A stretch of DNA of 64,000 nt from contig CAITNO010000061.1 of NCBI GenBank assembly GCA_903893795.1, positions 640-64,639 of the forward strand. Direction: 5' to 3'. Within the stretch, counting starts at the first letter, position 1. Every line of letters begins with the position of its first letter. The stretch is from Candidatus Hydrogenedentota bacterium. Its GTDB lineage: Bacteria > Hydrogenedentota > Hydrogenedentia > Hydrogenedentales > CAITNO01. Positions 40,427-49,533 of the stretch are shown here, piece after piece. The notes under the pieces were generated by a model. That model was not told the DNA's origin. It ran no database searches and worked only from the letters and a program-made list of their open reading frames with translations. Both the position numbers and the translations under genes were made by a program.

Positions 40427-41686
40427 ATGGACCGCAGGGCGTTTATGACGGGGGCGATGGCTTCCGCCCTGGCGGCCGGGGCCGTGGCCCAGGGGCCGCC
40501 GGTGAAGAGCCCCAATGACCGTCTGGGTGTGGGCGTCATCGGATGCGGCGGGCGTTCGGAAACCCATATCGCGACGTTGATGGAGATGGAGAAGACGGAC
40601 AAGACGGTGGAGATTGTCGCGCTCTGCGACATCTACCGTCCGAGGCTCAAGAAGAAGGCGGAGAAGATTGGCAGGCCGCTGCATGAATACAGCGATTACC
40701 AGGAACTCTTGAAAGACCCGGCGGTGGACATGGTGACGATTGCCACGCCGGACCATCATCACGGTTATCAGGCCATCGCGGCGCTTGAGGCCGGAAAACA
40801 CGTCTATTGCGAAAAGCCGATGACGCACTGGCGGCAATGGGAGTTGGCGAAGAAACTGTCCGAAGTGGCGGCCAAGGCGCCCGGTGCGTTTCAATTGGGC
40901 GCGCAGCGCATGTCGGACACGGCCTACCGCCAGATGAAGCAACTGGTGAAGGACGGCATCATTGGCCAGCCCATCCATGCGGAGTGCGGCATCTTCCGCA
41001 CGGGGGATTTTGGCGAACGGGGCATGCCAATCGACGACCCGGATGCCAAGCCCGGTCCCGACCTGCTGTGGAACGAGTTTCTGGGCGATTCACCCAAACG
41101 CGACTTTGACGTGAGTCGTTTTTTCCGTTGGCGCATGTATGAGGATTACGCGGGCGGTCCCGTCACCGACCTCTATCCGCACGTCCTCACGCAGGTCATC
41201 GACATCCTGGGCGTCACCCAGCCTTCGCAGGTGGTGGCAACGGGCGGTATTTACCGCTATCCCGAGCGCGAAGTGCCCGACACCTTCAATATGTTCGCCG
41301 AATATCCGGAAAAGATTTCGATTGCCGTGCTGGGAACGCAGGGGAGCAGTTATCAGGGCACGGGCGGGCGTGATGACATCCGCATTCCCGTGATCCGTGG
41401 ATGGGACGGCGCGCTGACGATTCAGGACAACGACATTCTTTTTGTTCCCGACGACAGTGTGCGCGCTTCTGGCAGGAAAGAGCAGCGTTTTCCCATCGAA
41501 CACGGGTACAATGTGCTCTATCTCATGCGCAATCTGGTGGAGTGCGCCCGGTCGGGCGCGCGCACCCTGGACAGTGGCCCCCGTCTGGCCTTCCGCACGC
41601 AGACGGCCCTGCTCATGGGCATGGCAGCCTGGCGCGCCAAGAAAACGGCGGTCTATGACGTGGAAAAGAACGCCATTGTGGTTTGA
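40427..41686 (+). CDS. Gfo/Idh/MocA-family oxidoreductase with Tat-type signal
   Basis: MDRRAFMTGAMASALAAGAVA (twin-Arg), Rossmann VGVIGCGGRSETH, EKPM motif (VYCEKPMT). Confidence 0.85.
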   Translation: MDRRAFMTGAMASALAAGAVAQGPPVKSPNDRLGVGVIGCGGRSETHIATLMEMEKTDKTVEIVALCDIYRPRLKKKAEKIGRPLHEYSDYQELLKDPAVDMVTIATPDHHHGYQAIAALEAGKHVYCEKPMTHWRQWELAKKLSEVAAKAPGAFQLGAQRMSDTAYRQMKQLVKDGIIGQPIHAECGIFRTGDFGERGMPIDDPDAKPGPDLLWNEFLGDSPKRDFDVSRFFRWRMYEDYAGGPVTDLYPHVLTQVIDILGVTQPSQVVATGGIYRYPEREVPDTFNMFAEYPEKISIAVLGTQGSSYQGTGGRDDIRIPVIRGWDGALTIQDNDILFVPDDSVRASGRKEQRFPIEHGYNVLYLMRNLVECARSGARTLDSGPRLAFRTQTALLMGMAAWRAKKTAVYDVEKNAIVV

Positions 41687-41744
41687 AGGTTAACGCGAAT
41701 ACGGGGCCGTCTGCTTGTCGTTCCGACAGAACAGGAGAAAGAAT

Positions 41745-43754
41745 ATGATTTGGAGAGCGTTTTCGATGCTCGTGCTATGCGGTGTGTGCGCCGCCCAATC
41801 CACGATCATCACCGGGCAGGTGGTCGATGGCGCGGGGCATGGGGTGGCGTCGGCGCGTGTGTTTGTTGAGCCCGGCTTGGGCGGTGAACTGGTGGAGGTG
41901 AAGACGGACGACGGCGGGCAGTTTCGAGCCGAAGGCCCCTTTCAGGGGGCTGTGGGCGTGTTCGCCATGGCCGCCGGTTTTGGTTTTTCGGGGGAGCATC
42001 TGACGCTTGCCCTCGGAGAGGCTTCGGCCCCGGTGGAATTGGCGATGACCGCTCCCGTTTCCATGGCTGGAACCATCGTGAATGACAAGGGTGACCCCGT
42101 GCCGGGCGCGCGCATCACCCGTATTGCGCTGGTGCGTCCGTCCAAAGTGGGGATTCCCCTCGCGAAGCTTGCCGCATTGGGCCTGGCCGAGCCGAAAAGC
42201 GACGCGCAGGGCCGATTCAAGATTGAAGGGCTGCCGCAGGGGGCGACCGTGGCGCTCAAGATAGGCCATCCGGATTATGCCCAGGAGGCCGTCGACGAGA
42301 TAACTGCAGGACAGGACAGCGTCAAGGTGAAAATGACGCGCGGCGTGCTGGTGCGCGGCGAGGTGAAGTCGCGGCAGGGCCAGGCACCCGTTTCGGGGGC
42401 TGTGGTGGTGTTGCGCAACGCGCAACCGCCCCACGACACCTCGGTGGGCAAGACGGACGGGACCGGTTCTTTCTCCATGCGGCTCAAGCCGGGCGTGTAT
42501 CTCTGCCAGGCCACGGCGGTGGGCCAGACCACGGCCGGATGGCAGAAGGTCACCGTCACCGGGGAAGTGCCCGAACAGGTCATTCCCCTCGGTCTTGCGG
42601 GGGCGGGCGATATAAGGGGCAGCATAGGCGACGCCGTGTCGGGCAAACCGGTGGAGGGGGTGCGGATTCGGCTGGAAAGCGGCGGTAATGTGGCGGCCAT
42701 GGTGCGGACCAACGGCAAAGGCGAGTTTCACCTGACGGCGGCGGAGGGGGAAAATGTCTTGTATTTTGACTCTACACCGGGCTATCTGCCACCGGACCCG
42801 CGCGCGATGCGCGTGACCGTGCCGCCGGGCGCGCCGGTGGAGTTGCCCGGCCTGTGGCTGGTGCCGCTGCCCACCTACAAATTGCAGGTGGTGGACGAGG
42901 ATGAAAGCAGCCCCGTTGCGGGCGCGGTGCTCACGCTGGTCCGGCCCTGGCAGTTCGGCTGGCTCCCAACGGACGAGGGCGGCATGGCCCAGGTGCGCGT
43001 GGTCAACCTGCCGCAGGATGGCCGCATCATCGGCATTGCCGAGCATCCGACGAAGGCCGCCGGGGCGGTCTTCGCCTTGGATCGGGCATCGTCCGCAGGG
43101 GCCAAGGTAAAACTGCTGCCCTATGGCACGGTGACCGGGGTGGTGGTCAATGAAAAGGGAAAGCCTGTGGCCGATGCCATTGTGGGCGCGGCCTTCCCCG
43201 ACAGTCCGGTGGACGACCCGCTGCTGTTGTGGCGCACCGTCACCGATGCGGAAGGGCGTTTCCGCTGGGATGCCGTGGTGGCGGGCGTGCCCCAGCGCTG
43301 CGCCGTTGCCGGAGCCGGTGGCGGGGGAGAATCGGCCAACTTCAATCTGGCGCCCAAGGAGACCAAGGACCTTGGCACGCTGACCGTCTCGGGTCTTGGG
43401 AAGAAAGAGAACGGCGGTGCGGGCTTTAATCTGGCCAAATGGCGCGACGAGAGGACGGTTTGCGGAAAGGAAGCCAAGGGCGTGGGACGCCCCTCCGTGG
43501 TCGTGTTTTGCGATCAGGGTGCGGCCGGTCCCGTCATAGAGGGGCTAGACCAGGCCCTGCGCGCCACGAAGCGCAGCGACTGGGATGGGGCCGTGGTGGT
43601 GCGCGGCGGTTACGCCTGCAGGGAGGGTTCCCTGCCGATATATGCAGGCGTTCCTCCCGGCGCGGCCACAACCTATTTGGTGGATGCTGACGGCACAGTG
43701 ACACTGCGCACCTTTGGTCTGCCGCCGCTTCGCCACCTTGTTTCCACGAAATAG
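41745..43754 (+). CDS. Secreted protein of repeated carboxypeptidase-regulatory-like (CarboxypepD_reg) domains
   Basis: AGGAGA Shine-Dalgarno before ATG 41745. Signal peptide. At least six repeats of the pattern hxGxVxDxxGxPVxGAxVxL (e.g. ITGQVVDGAGHGVASARVFV, MAGTIVNDKGDPVPGARITR). Confidence 0.75.
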   Translation: MIWRAFSMLVLCGVCAAQSTIITGQVVDGAGHGVASARVFVEPGLGGELVEVKTDDGGQFRAEGPFQGAVGVFAMAAGFGFSGEHLTLALGEASAPVELAMTAPVSMAGTIVNDKGDPVPGARITRIALVRPSKVGIPLAKLAALGLAEPKSDAQGRFKIEGLPQGATVALKIGHPDYAQEAVDEITAGQDSVKVKMTRGVLVRGEVKSRQGQAPVSGAVVVLRNAQPPHDTSVGKTDGTGSFSMRLKPGVYLCQATAVGQTTAGWQKVTVTGEVPEQVIPLGLAGAGDIRGSIGDAVSGKPVEGVRIRLESGGNVAAMVRTNGKGEFHLTAAEGENVLYFDSTPGYLPPDPRAMRVTVPPGAPVELPGLWLVPLPTYKLQVVDEDESSPVAGAVLTLVRPWQFGWLPTDEGGMAQVRVVNLPQDGRIIGIAEHPTKAAGAVFALDRASSAGAKVKLLPYGTVTGVVVNEKGKPVADAIVGAAFPDSPVDDPLLLWRTVTDAEGRFRWDAVVAGVPQRCAVAGAGGGGESANFNLAPKETKDLGTLTVSGLGKKENGGAGFNLAKWRDERTVCGKEAKGVGRPSVVVFCDQGAAGPVIEGLDQALRATKRSDWDGAVVVRGGYACREGSLPIYAGVPPGAATTYLVDADGTVTLRTFGLPPLRHLVSTK

Positions 43755-43766
43755 AAAGACTCTCCA

Positions 43767-45626
43767 ATGCGACACCCGATTTGGAAGGCGGCGTTTTGCT
43801 GCCTTGTCCTGTTCCTAATGGCACTTTCGGCCCCCGCTCTCACGCTGAAGGGGCATGTGCTCCTGCACGACAAGACGCCGGTGGAGGGGGCCACGGTTTG
43901 GCTCGAACAGAACAGAACCGTGCAGAAACTGGCCACTGGCAAGGATGGCGCGTTTTCATTTGGCGACCTCAAGATTCTGCCAACCGATGTGGTTGCCTGC
44001 AAACCGGGACTGTGCCTGGCGGGCAAGAGCGGACTTCCCGTGGGCGATATGGATTTCGACCTGGTGCTGGGACCGGCCGGAACCGTCAATATCCGGGTCA
44101 CCGACAAGGACTTCAAGGCCGTTCCCGGCGCGCGCATACGCACCATGATTGTCTGTGATGAATTTGGCGTTGCCGTGGAAGACCTGTCTGACAAGGGATT
44201 CCCCCCGCTGCGTGCCAATGACAAGGGCGAGATTGCCATTGATGCCGTTCCGGCGGGCGGATTTGTAAAGCTCGTCGTGGGGCATCACCAATATGCCGAT
44301 TCAAGCGTGGCCTATCTGCCGGTGCGCGACAAGAGGCAGGACATTCAGTTGTATGAAGGTGTGCCCGTTCGGGGCCGGGTCAAGGCGCAGGGCAAGCCGC
44401 TGGCCTCTGCGCGCGTGTCCGTTTTTGAGTCGGGCGTGGGGGGGCAGCGCGAGGTTGCCTTTGGCATTACCGACCCGGAAGGCTTTTACAACGCGCGGGT
44501 GGAGTCGGGCGGATACATGGCCACGGCCCGGCACCCCGATTATGCCGCCCCGGTGCCGGTGAATGTGGACGCGTCCAAGGCCGAGGGGGCCGTGGCGGAC
44601 CTGGAAATGCCCGTAACCCGCACGATTACCGGTAAAGTGTTGTTGCCCGACGGCAAGCCCTGTCCCGGATCGCATATCTCCTTTAGCGTGAATGGTGCCG
44701 TGTGCGAGGAGTGCCTCACCGACAGCAACGGCGGATTCACCCTGCGGGTGGGTGCGCCCAAGGGGGTGCTGCTCATCGGCGCTCCGCCGGGATACCGCAC
44801 GGCCGACCTGCCGCAGGTGCCGGTGGACCTGGGAGAGGCACCGAAGGCGGAACTGCCGGCGATGCGGCTGAAAGAGCTTCCGGTCATCAAGGGAAAGATC
44901 ACCGTTCCCGCGGACCAGGGTCCGGTGGGCAAGGTGCTGATTGAGTCACTGGATGCTGAACCGCCCCTGCGCTTTCTGTCAGATGAGACGGGCGCTTTTG
45001 AACTTAGACTGGGCTATCAGCCAGAAAAGAACATGATCACCTTCCGTGCCGAACATGCTCTTCGCCTTCTCAGAAAGGACTTCAAAGTAAATCTCGACCA
45101 GACCGGCGAAGTGGAACTGCGCCTGGAGCCCTTTGAACCGGACCAGGGCAAGCGGGCACCGATTCCGGGCAGAAACAATCTGTCCAGACTTCTGGGAAAA
45201 GCCGCGCCCAAGATTCAGTGTTCGGACTGGTTCAATTCGACGCCGCTGGACTTGGACAAACTGAAAGGGAAAGTGGTCGTGCTTACGATGTGGGGAGGCT
45301 TTGACGACAGCCCCTTTGCGACAAACCGCATCAATCAGTTGCGCGCCCTGTACGACCTCTTCAACGGCGTCGCCGAAGATGTCGCCATCGTAGCGATCCA
45401 CGACGCAGGCAGCGATGCCAACGAGGTGGCCGAGTACGTGCGGCGCTTCGGCCTGCGCTTTCCCGTGGGGAAGGATGCCGACCCCTTTGTCACGTTTGTG
45501 AACTACGGAGTCAATTTTATCCCGCAGACAGTGCTCATCGACAAGAAGGGGATGGTTCAATATGACCAGGTGGAGGGAAGACTGCTGGAGCTGGTGAAGT
45601 CACTGCGTCTCAAGGGCGAAGGGTGA
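43767..45626 (+). CDS. CarboxypepD_reg-repeat protein with C-terminal TlpA/thioredoxin-like domain lacking the CxxC motif
   Basis: Repeats LKGHVLLHDKTPVEGATVWL, VRGRVKAQGKPLASARVSV and others. The C-terminus LKGKVVVLTMWGGFDDSPF...FPVGKD...IPQTVLIDKKG aligns with the TlpA/ResA pattern (FWA.WC.PC), but no Cys sits at the active-site position. Confidence 0.7.
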   Translation: MRHPIWKAAFCCLVLFLMALSAPALTLKGHVLLHDKTPVEGATVWLEQNRTVQKLATGKDGAFSFGDLKILPTDVVACKPGLCLAGKSGLPVGDMDFDLVLGPAGTVNIRVTDKDFKAVPGARIRTMIVCDEFGVAVEDLSDKGFPPLRANDKGEIAIDAVPAGGFVKLVVGHHQYADSSVAYLPVRDKRQDIQLYEGVPVRGRVKAQGKPLASARVSVFESGVGGQREVAFGITDPEGFYNARVESGGYMATARHPDYAAPVPVNVDASKAEGAVADLEMPVTRTITGKVLLPDGKPCPGSHISFSVNGAVCEECLTDSNGGFTLRVGAPKGVLLIGAPPGYRTADLPQVPVDLGEAPKAELPAMRLKELPVIKGKITVPADQGPVGKVLIESLDAEPPLRFLSDETGAFELRLGYQPEKNMITFRAEHALRLLRKDFKVNLDQTGEVELRLEPFEPDQGKRAPIPGRNNLSRLLGKAAPKIQCSDWFNSTPLDLDKLKGKVVVLTMWGGFDDSPFATNRINQLRALYDLFNGVAEDVAIVAIHDAGSDANEVAEYVRRFGLRFPVGKDADPFVTFVNYGVNFIPQTVLIDKKGMVQYDQVEGRLLELVKSLRLKGEG

Positions 45627-45711
45627 AGGGGAGGGTATGACCCAAAACTGGCAGACAACGCCATCTGCCCCGCACAGGGGTTTTGTATCCCTGCGGTGAG
45701 GACAAGAAATT

Positions 45712-45760
45712 GACAAAAGAAAGAGCGCAGGCCGCACGCCGGAGGGCGGGTGCGGCCTGC
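45712..45760 (-). terminator. Rho-independent terminator of rpsT
   Basis: Perfect 11-bp stem GCAGGCCGCAC / GTGCGGCCTGC (45727-45737 / 45750-45760). On the minus strand it is followed by GCTCTTTCTTTTGTC. It lies 30 nt downstream of the rpsT stop. Confidence 0.7.
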
Positions 45761-45790
45761 ACCAAACTCAATCTGGGCCTGCTGGCAGGC

Positions 45791-46063
45791 TCAGGCAGAT
45801 GCTGAGGTCTTGGATACCAGCGTCTGAATGGTGGATTTCTTGCGGGCGGCGGCGTTGCGATGGATGACGCCCTTTGAGGCGGCGCGATCAATGGCCGACA
45901 AAGCATCGCTTACAGCAGTCTTCAACCGCTCCGCGTCCTTTGCCTCAATGGCCGTCATGGCCTGCTTTACCATCGTCTTCATCCGTGAACGGACGGCCAT
46001 GTTGCGCTGACGGGCCAGTTCGTTGGTGCCGATACGCTTTTTCTGCGACTTAATATTAGCCAT
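45791..46063 (-). CDS. rpsT: 30S ribosomal protein S20
   Basis: MANIKSQKKRIGTNELARQRNMAVRSRMKT...KGVIHRNAAARKKS is canonical S20. Start taken at the internal Met of the tracked ORF. Confidence 0.93.
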   Translation of the reverse strand: MANIKSQKKRIGTNELARQRNMAVRSRMKTMVKQAMTAIEAKDAERLKTAVSDALSAIDRAASKGVIHRNAAARKKSTIQTLVSKTSASA

Positions 46064-46510
46064 GTTTGCAATGCTCCAGTTGGCATACTTGGGGTGTGAC
46101 CGCCGAATTATAGCAAACAACAGGCGGGGGTATCAAGCACTTTTCGACCGGCATTAACTTCGGGGGCATACCCTGCTGCTGCGGGCATAGATGCACGAAT
46201 TGCTTTGTTGTTATTTGCAAGTTGATAATCTTTCCTGAAAGTTAAAAAAGCGCCTACGCAAAGGCAGGTTGTTTGGAAGGGGAGCCAAAATCTCTTCGGG
46301 ATTGGTTGAAACAATATTATCCGTTATTGACTTTTACAGTAAACGATGGTAATCTTGACAGGAAATCGATTACCTGACTTTCCTGAAAAGAAACGAATCG
46401 TTCTTGGATTTGTGCGGGATTTGAGCTAAACGTAACGACATCGATGACTGTTAACATCAAAACTGTGTTGTACTGATGCTGGGAACAATGCAACAAAAAG
46501 GAATTAATCC

Positions 46511-47983
46511 ATGCTGAAGAAGACCCTCTATTCCGTGGCGATTGGACTGTTGGTAATGTCTTGCGGACTGGCATACGCCACGCCGCTCGTGGTTGATTTT
46601 GACACCGCCATGCTCACGGCAAACCTGAATCCGAACAGCACCGATGGTAACGGGGATGCATCGGGGGCCGCGAACGGGATTCTGGATAGCGATGAGCTGG
46701 CCGTGCTGGCATGGGTTCTTGCCGATACCGGCAGACCGCATCATGATGCGGTGCATGCCGCCTACACGACCAATCTGACGCGCATGAACTTAGACATGGC
46801 CGGCAACCCGAATCTTGCCGGGTTGGCGGCGGGTTATGCGGTTCCCCTCGCCGCCTATATTACGCTCGGCGATGCGGGCGGCTTTGCCCGGGGTCAGGCG
46901 ATCTTGTACACCTATTCAGCCCATGTGCTGCTCACCAACCCTGCCAACTATGATCAGACGCAGGCTTCTTTCCTTTCGGCCGCCGGCGACGCTGATGGCG
47001 ACGGCCTCACGAACCTGCAGGAATATACGGCCATTACGGGCACAGGCGGCGTGGTCAATCCTCCGACGGACCTTACACCGTCGGCAAAGCGCATACAGTA
47101 CCTCCACGACGTGTTCACGGTGGCCCCCGTGGTGGTAGATTTCGACGCGGCATTGACGAATGCCGGGCTCAATCCTGCATCGGCGGACAGCAACGGCCCG
47201 GGAGGAACGCCGAACGGGATTCTGGACAGCGATGAACTTGCCGTCCTTTCGCACGTTCTTGCCGACAACACAAACACGTTCTTCCCGGCCGCACGAGCGG
47301 CCTACTTGAAGAATCTTGCCCAGATGACGACAGATGCCGGCCCCTATGCGCCGCTGGTTGCCACTGCATTGGCGGGATACATGACGCTGGGCGACACGAA
47401 CACGGTTGGTGTCGTTGGCCTCCTGCTTGCGTCCAAGGGATTGACCCTTACCGTTGCCGGATACGACACGAGCCAGTCGGTGGTCTATTCGCTGACCGCC
47501 GACCCGGACCAGGACCTTCGTGAGAACCTGACCGAGTACGGTCAGGTGACCGGCCCCGGCGGCCCCGGTTCGCAGAAGCGCGTCGACTACATCACCGCGG
47601 TGTTTACTCCCTATGTTAATGCGGCCTGCGAGAGTTGCTCCTCCACGACGGGGACCGTTGCGGTGGGAAGCAACGTTTGCCTAGGCGTTCCCACCAGCAC
47701 GGGCCACACGTTCCAGTGGTCCTTCAATGACGCACCGTTGCTGGACGGACGCACCATCGGCAGCACCTGCCAGTGGCTACACATCTCCAATGTGCAGTTG
47801 GCCGATGCCGGCGTATACAAGTGCACCTACAATGACGGTGCCAAAGCCGTGCAGACCTACACGACGAAGCTTCAGGTTGCGGCTGCCCTTCCCGTGGGCG
47901 GCACACTTGTGCTGACCCTGGTGACCGGTCTGTTGGCTTCGGCGGCCGCGCTGGTGTTGGTCCGCACAAAACGCCGCGCATAA
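46511..47983 (+). CDS. Secreted surface protein: two tandem ~180-aa repeats with TSP3-like Ca-binding motif, an Ig-like domain and a C-terminal sorting-signal-like anchor
   Basis: Signal peptide. VVDFD...NGILDSDELAVL...VLAD occurs twice. DADGDGLTNLQEY is thrombospondin-type-3-like. NVQLADAGVYKCTY is an Ig I-set signature. The end PVGG, hydrophobic helix, RTKRRA is tripartite. Confidence 0.75.
   Translation: MLKKTLYSVAIGLLVMSCGLAYATPLVVDFDTAMLTANLNPNSTDGNGDASGAANGILDSDELAVLAWVLADTGRPHHDAVHAAYTTNLTRMNLDMAGNPNLAGLAAGYAVPLAAYITLGDAGGFARGQAILYTYSAHVLLTNPANYDQTQASFLSAAGDADGDGLTNLQEYTAITGTGGVVNPPTDLTPSAKRIQYLHDVFTVAPVVVDFDAALTNAGLNPASADSNGPGGTPNGILDSDELAVLSHVLADNTNTFFPAARAAYLKNLAQMTTDAGPYAPLVATALAGYMTLGDTNTVGVVGLLLASKGLTLTVAGYDTSQSVVYSLTADPDQDLRENLTEYGQVTGPGGPGSQKRVDYITAVFTPYVNAACESCSSTTGTVAVGSNVCLGVPTSTGHTFQWSFNDAPLLDGRTIGSTCQWLHISNVQLADAGVYKCTYNDGAKAVQTYTTKLQVAAALPVGGTLVLTLVTGLLASAAALVLVRTKRRA
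46583..47608 (+). repeat. Intragenic tandem duplication (two units; VVDFD anchors are 543 nt apart)
   Basis: GTG GTT GAT TTT GAC at 46589 and GTG GTA GAT TTC GAC at 47132. The units align along most of their length at protein level and both end in (D/A)VFT. Confidence 0.7.
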
Positions 47984-48006
47984 GACTTAAATCCAAGCTC
48001 TTTCGG

Positions 48007-48041
48007 AGCCCCGGTGCTGAACAAGCACCGGGGCTTTTTTT
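48007..48041 (+). terminator. Rho-independent terminator
   Basis: Perfect 12-bp stem AGCCCCGGTGCT / AGCACCGGGGCT, 5-nt loop, then T7. It lies 24 nt after the stop at 47983. Confidence 0.88.
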
Positions 48042-48256
48042 ATTGCTGTGTGAAGTTAACTGTTGACGGGGCCAGTAGTGAGGAGACTTCGCCAGTGGTG
48101 GAAACCCTCCCCTTGGGGAGCGGAGGGCAACCTTTGCAACCTTTTGCGGTCAAAGGGCATAATACCTTTTAAGCCGTGGTGTTTCGCATGATTGACTTCG
48201 GCTTTACTGGGCGATTTTCGTCTTTTTGTCGTTTATGAACATGGAGGAGATGCGCT

Positions 48257-49072
48257 ATGAATTGGCGCGGTCCGGTGATTGCTTTAATGATTGTGATGGT
48301 TTTGTTCAGCACGGGCATGGCCTTGGCGCAGGACGCACTCTCCGCCGGGACTGCCGTGGCGCCTGGCACTGCGGTTTCCACGGTCGCACCTGCGGCGGAC
48401 CTCAAGCCGGCATCCACCGGGCCGGGGGGCCTGCCCAAGGTGACTGAGCGGTTGTCCGTAATGACCATGATTCAGCACGGTGGGGTGGTGCTCTGGATTC
48501 TCATGGCGCTGGGCTTCACGGTTTTGGTGCTTTCCATCTACCTCTTCTTGACCCTCCGTCCCAGTCGCGAGGTGCCCCCGAACCTGGTGAAGCGCGCGCA
48601 AAGCCAGATACGCGCGGGCGATATTCGCGGCGCCTACCAGATGTGCCAGGACCGGGATGAACTGATTGCCGTCGTGCTTCGCGCCGGCCTGAAGATGGCC
48701 GGACATGACCGCTACGTCATTCAGGAGGCGATGGAAAGCGAGGGCGAGCGCGGTGCCACAGCCATGTGGCAGCGGGTGTCCTATCTGAACAGCATCGGCA
48801 ATATTGCCCCGCTGCTGGGGTTGCTCGGCACGGTGTGGGGCATGATCGGCGCTTTCGGCGCGATCGCGCTCGACTCATCGCAGGTCAAGGGCATCACCAT
48901 GGCCTATTATGTGTCCATGGCGATGGTGACGACGGCGGGCGGGTTGGTCGTGGCCATACCGGCCATGGCGGCCTACTACTACCTGCGCGGCCGCGTCATC
49001 CGCATTGTGGCGGTGGTTGAGGCGCAGGCGAGCGAATTTGTCGAACTCATCGTGGAGCACGGCCGCCAATGA
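48257..49072 (+). CDS. MotA/TolQ/ExbB-family proton-channel protein
   Basis: …SIGNIAPLLGLLGTVWGMIGAF… is the family signature. It has an N-terminal signal-like extension. Confidence 0.85.
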   Translation: MNWRGPVIALMIVMVLFSTGMALAQDALSAGTAVAPGTAVSTVAPAADLKPASTGPGGLPKVTERLSVMTMIQHGGVVLWILMALGFTVLVLSIYLFLTLRPSREVPPNLVKRAQSQIRAGDIRGAYQMCQDRDELIAVVLRAGLKMAGHDRYVIQEAMESEGERGATAMWQRVSYLNSIGNIAPLLGLLGTVWGMIGAFGAIALDSSQVKGITMAYYVSMAMVTTAGGLVVAIPAMAAYYYLRGRVIRIVAVVEAQASEFVELIVEHGRQ

Positions 49073-49530
49073 AGATCGTGCGCGAAATGCAGGAGGAGTC
49101 AAGCTTCATACAGCTTACCCCCCTGATCGACATTCTTTTCCTGACTCTGGTTTTCTTCATGGTCACCATGGCCTATGATAATCTGGAGAGCAATGTCGAC
49201 ATCAAGCTGCCCACGGCGAACAGCGCTCAGCAATCAGAGCGCTCTCAGGGCGAAATCTTTGTCAATCTCAAGAGCGACGGATCCATCGTGGTCAATGAAC
49301 GGCAGTTAAACATTGCCGAATTGCTGGAGGTGCTGAATCGGGTTTCCAAGTATTTCCCCGGCGGCGCCATCATCATCCGGGGAGACCAGAGCGCCATGTT
49401 GGGCCGTGCCATTGAGGTGTTGGACTGCTGCCGCAAGGCGGACATCCAGAATGTGGCTTTTGCCGCAATGACCGAGGAGGCGGCCAAACAGAAGGGCCAG
49501 GCGGCGACTCCGGCGCCGGCCGCCCAGTAA
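49069..49530 (+). CDS. ExbD/TolR-family biopolymer transport protein
   Basis: LTPLIDILFLTLVFFMV TM motif. ATGA overlap with the upstream gene. Confidence 0.85.
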   Translation: MKIVREMQEESSFIQLTPLIDILFLTLVFFMVTMAYDNLESNVDIKLPTANSAQQSERSQGEIFVNLKSDGSIVVNERQLNIAELLEVLNRVSKYFPGGAIIIRGDQSAMLGRAIEVLDCCRKADIQNVAFAAMTEEAAKQKGQAATPAPAAQ

Positions 49531-49533
49531 GGA

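Noticed and set aside
47920-47983. Classical LPXTG sortase signal at the C-terminus of the surface protein.
   Set aside because: The motif reads LPVGG, with no Thr at position 4. The envelope genes in the window indicate a diderm organism. I describe it only as a tripartite sorting-signal-like tail of undetermined type.
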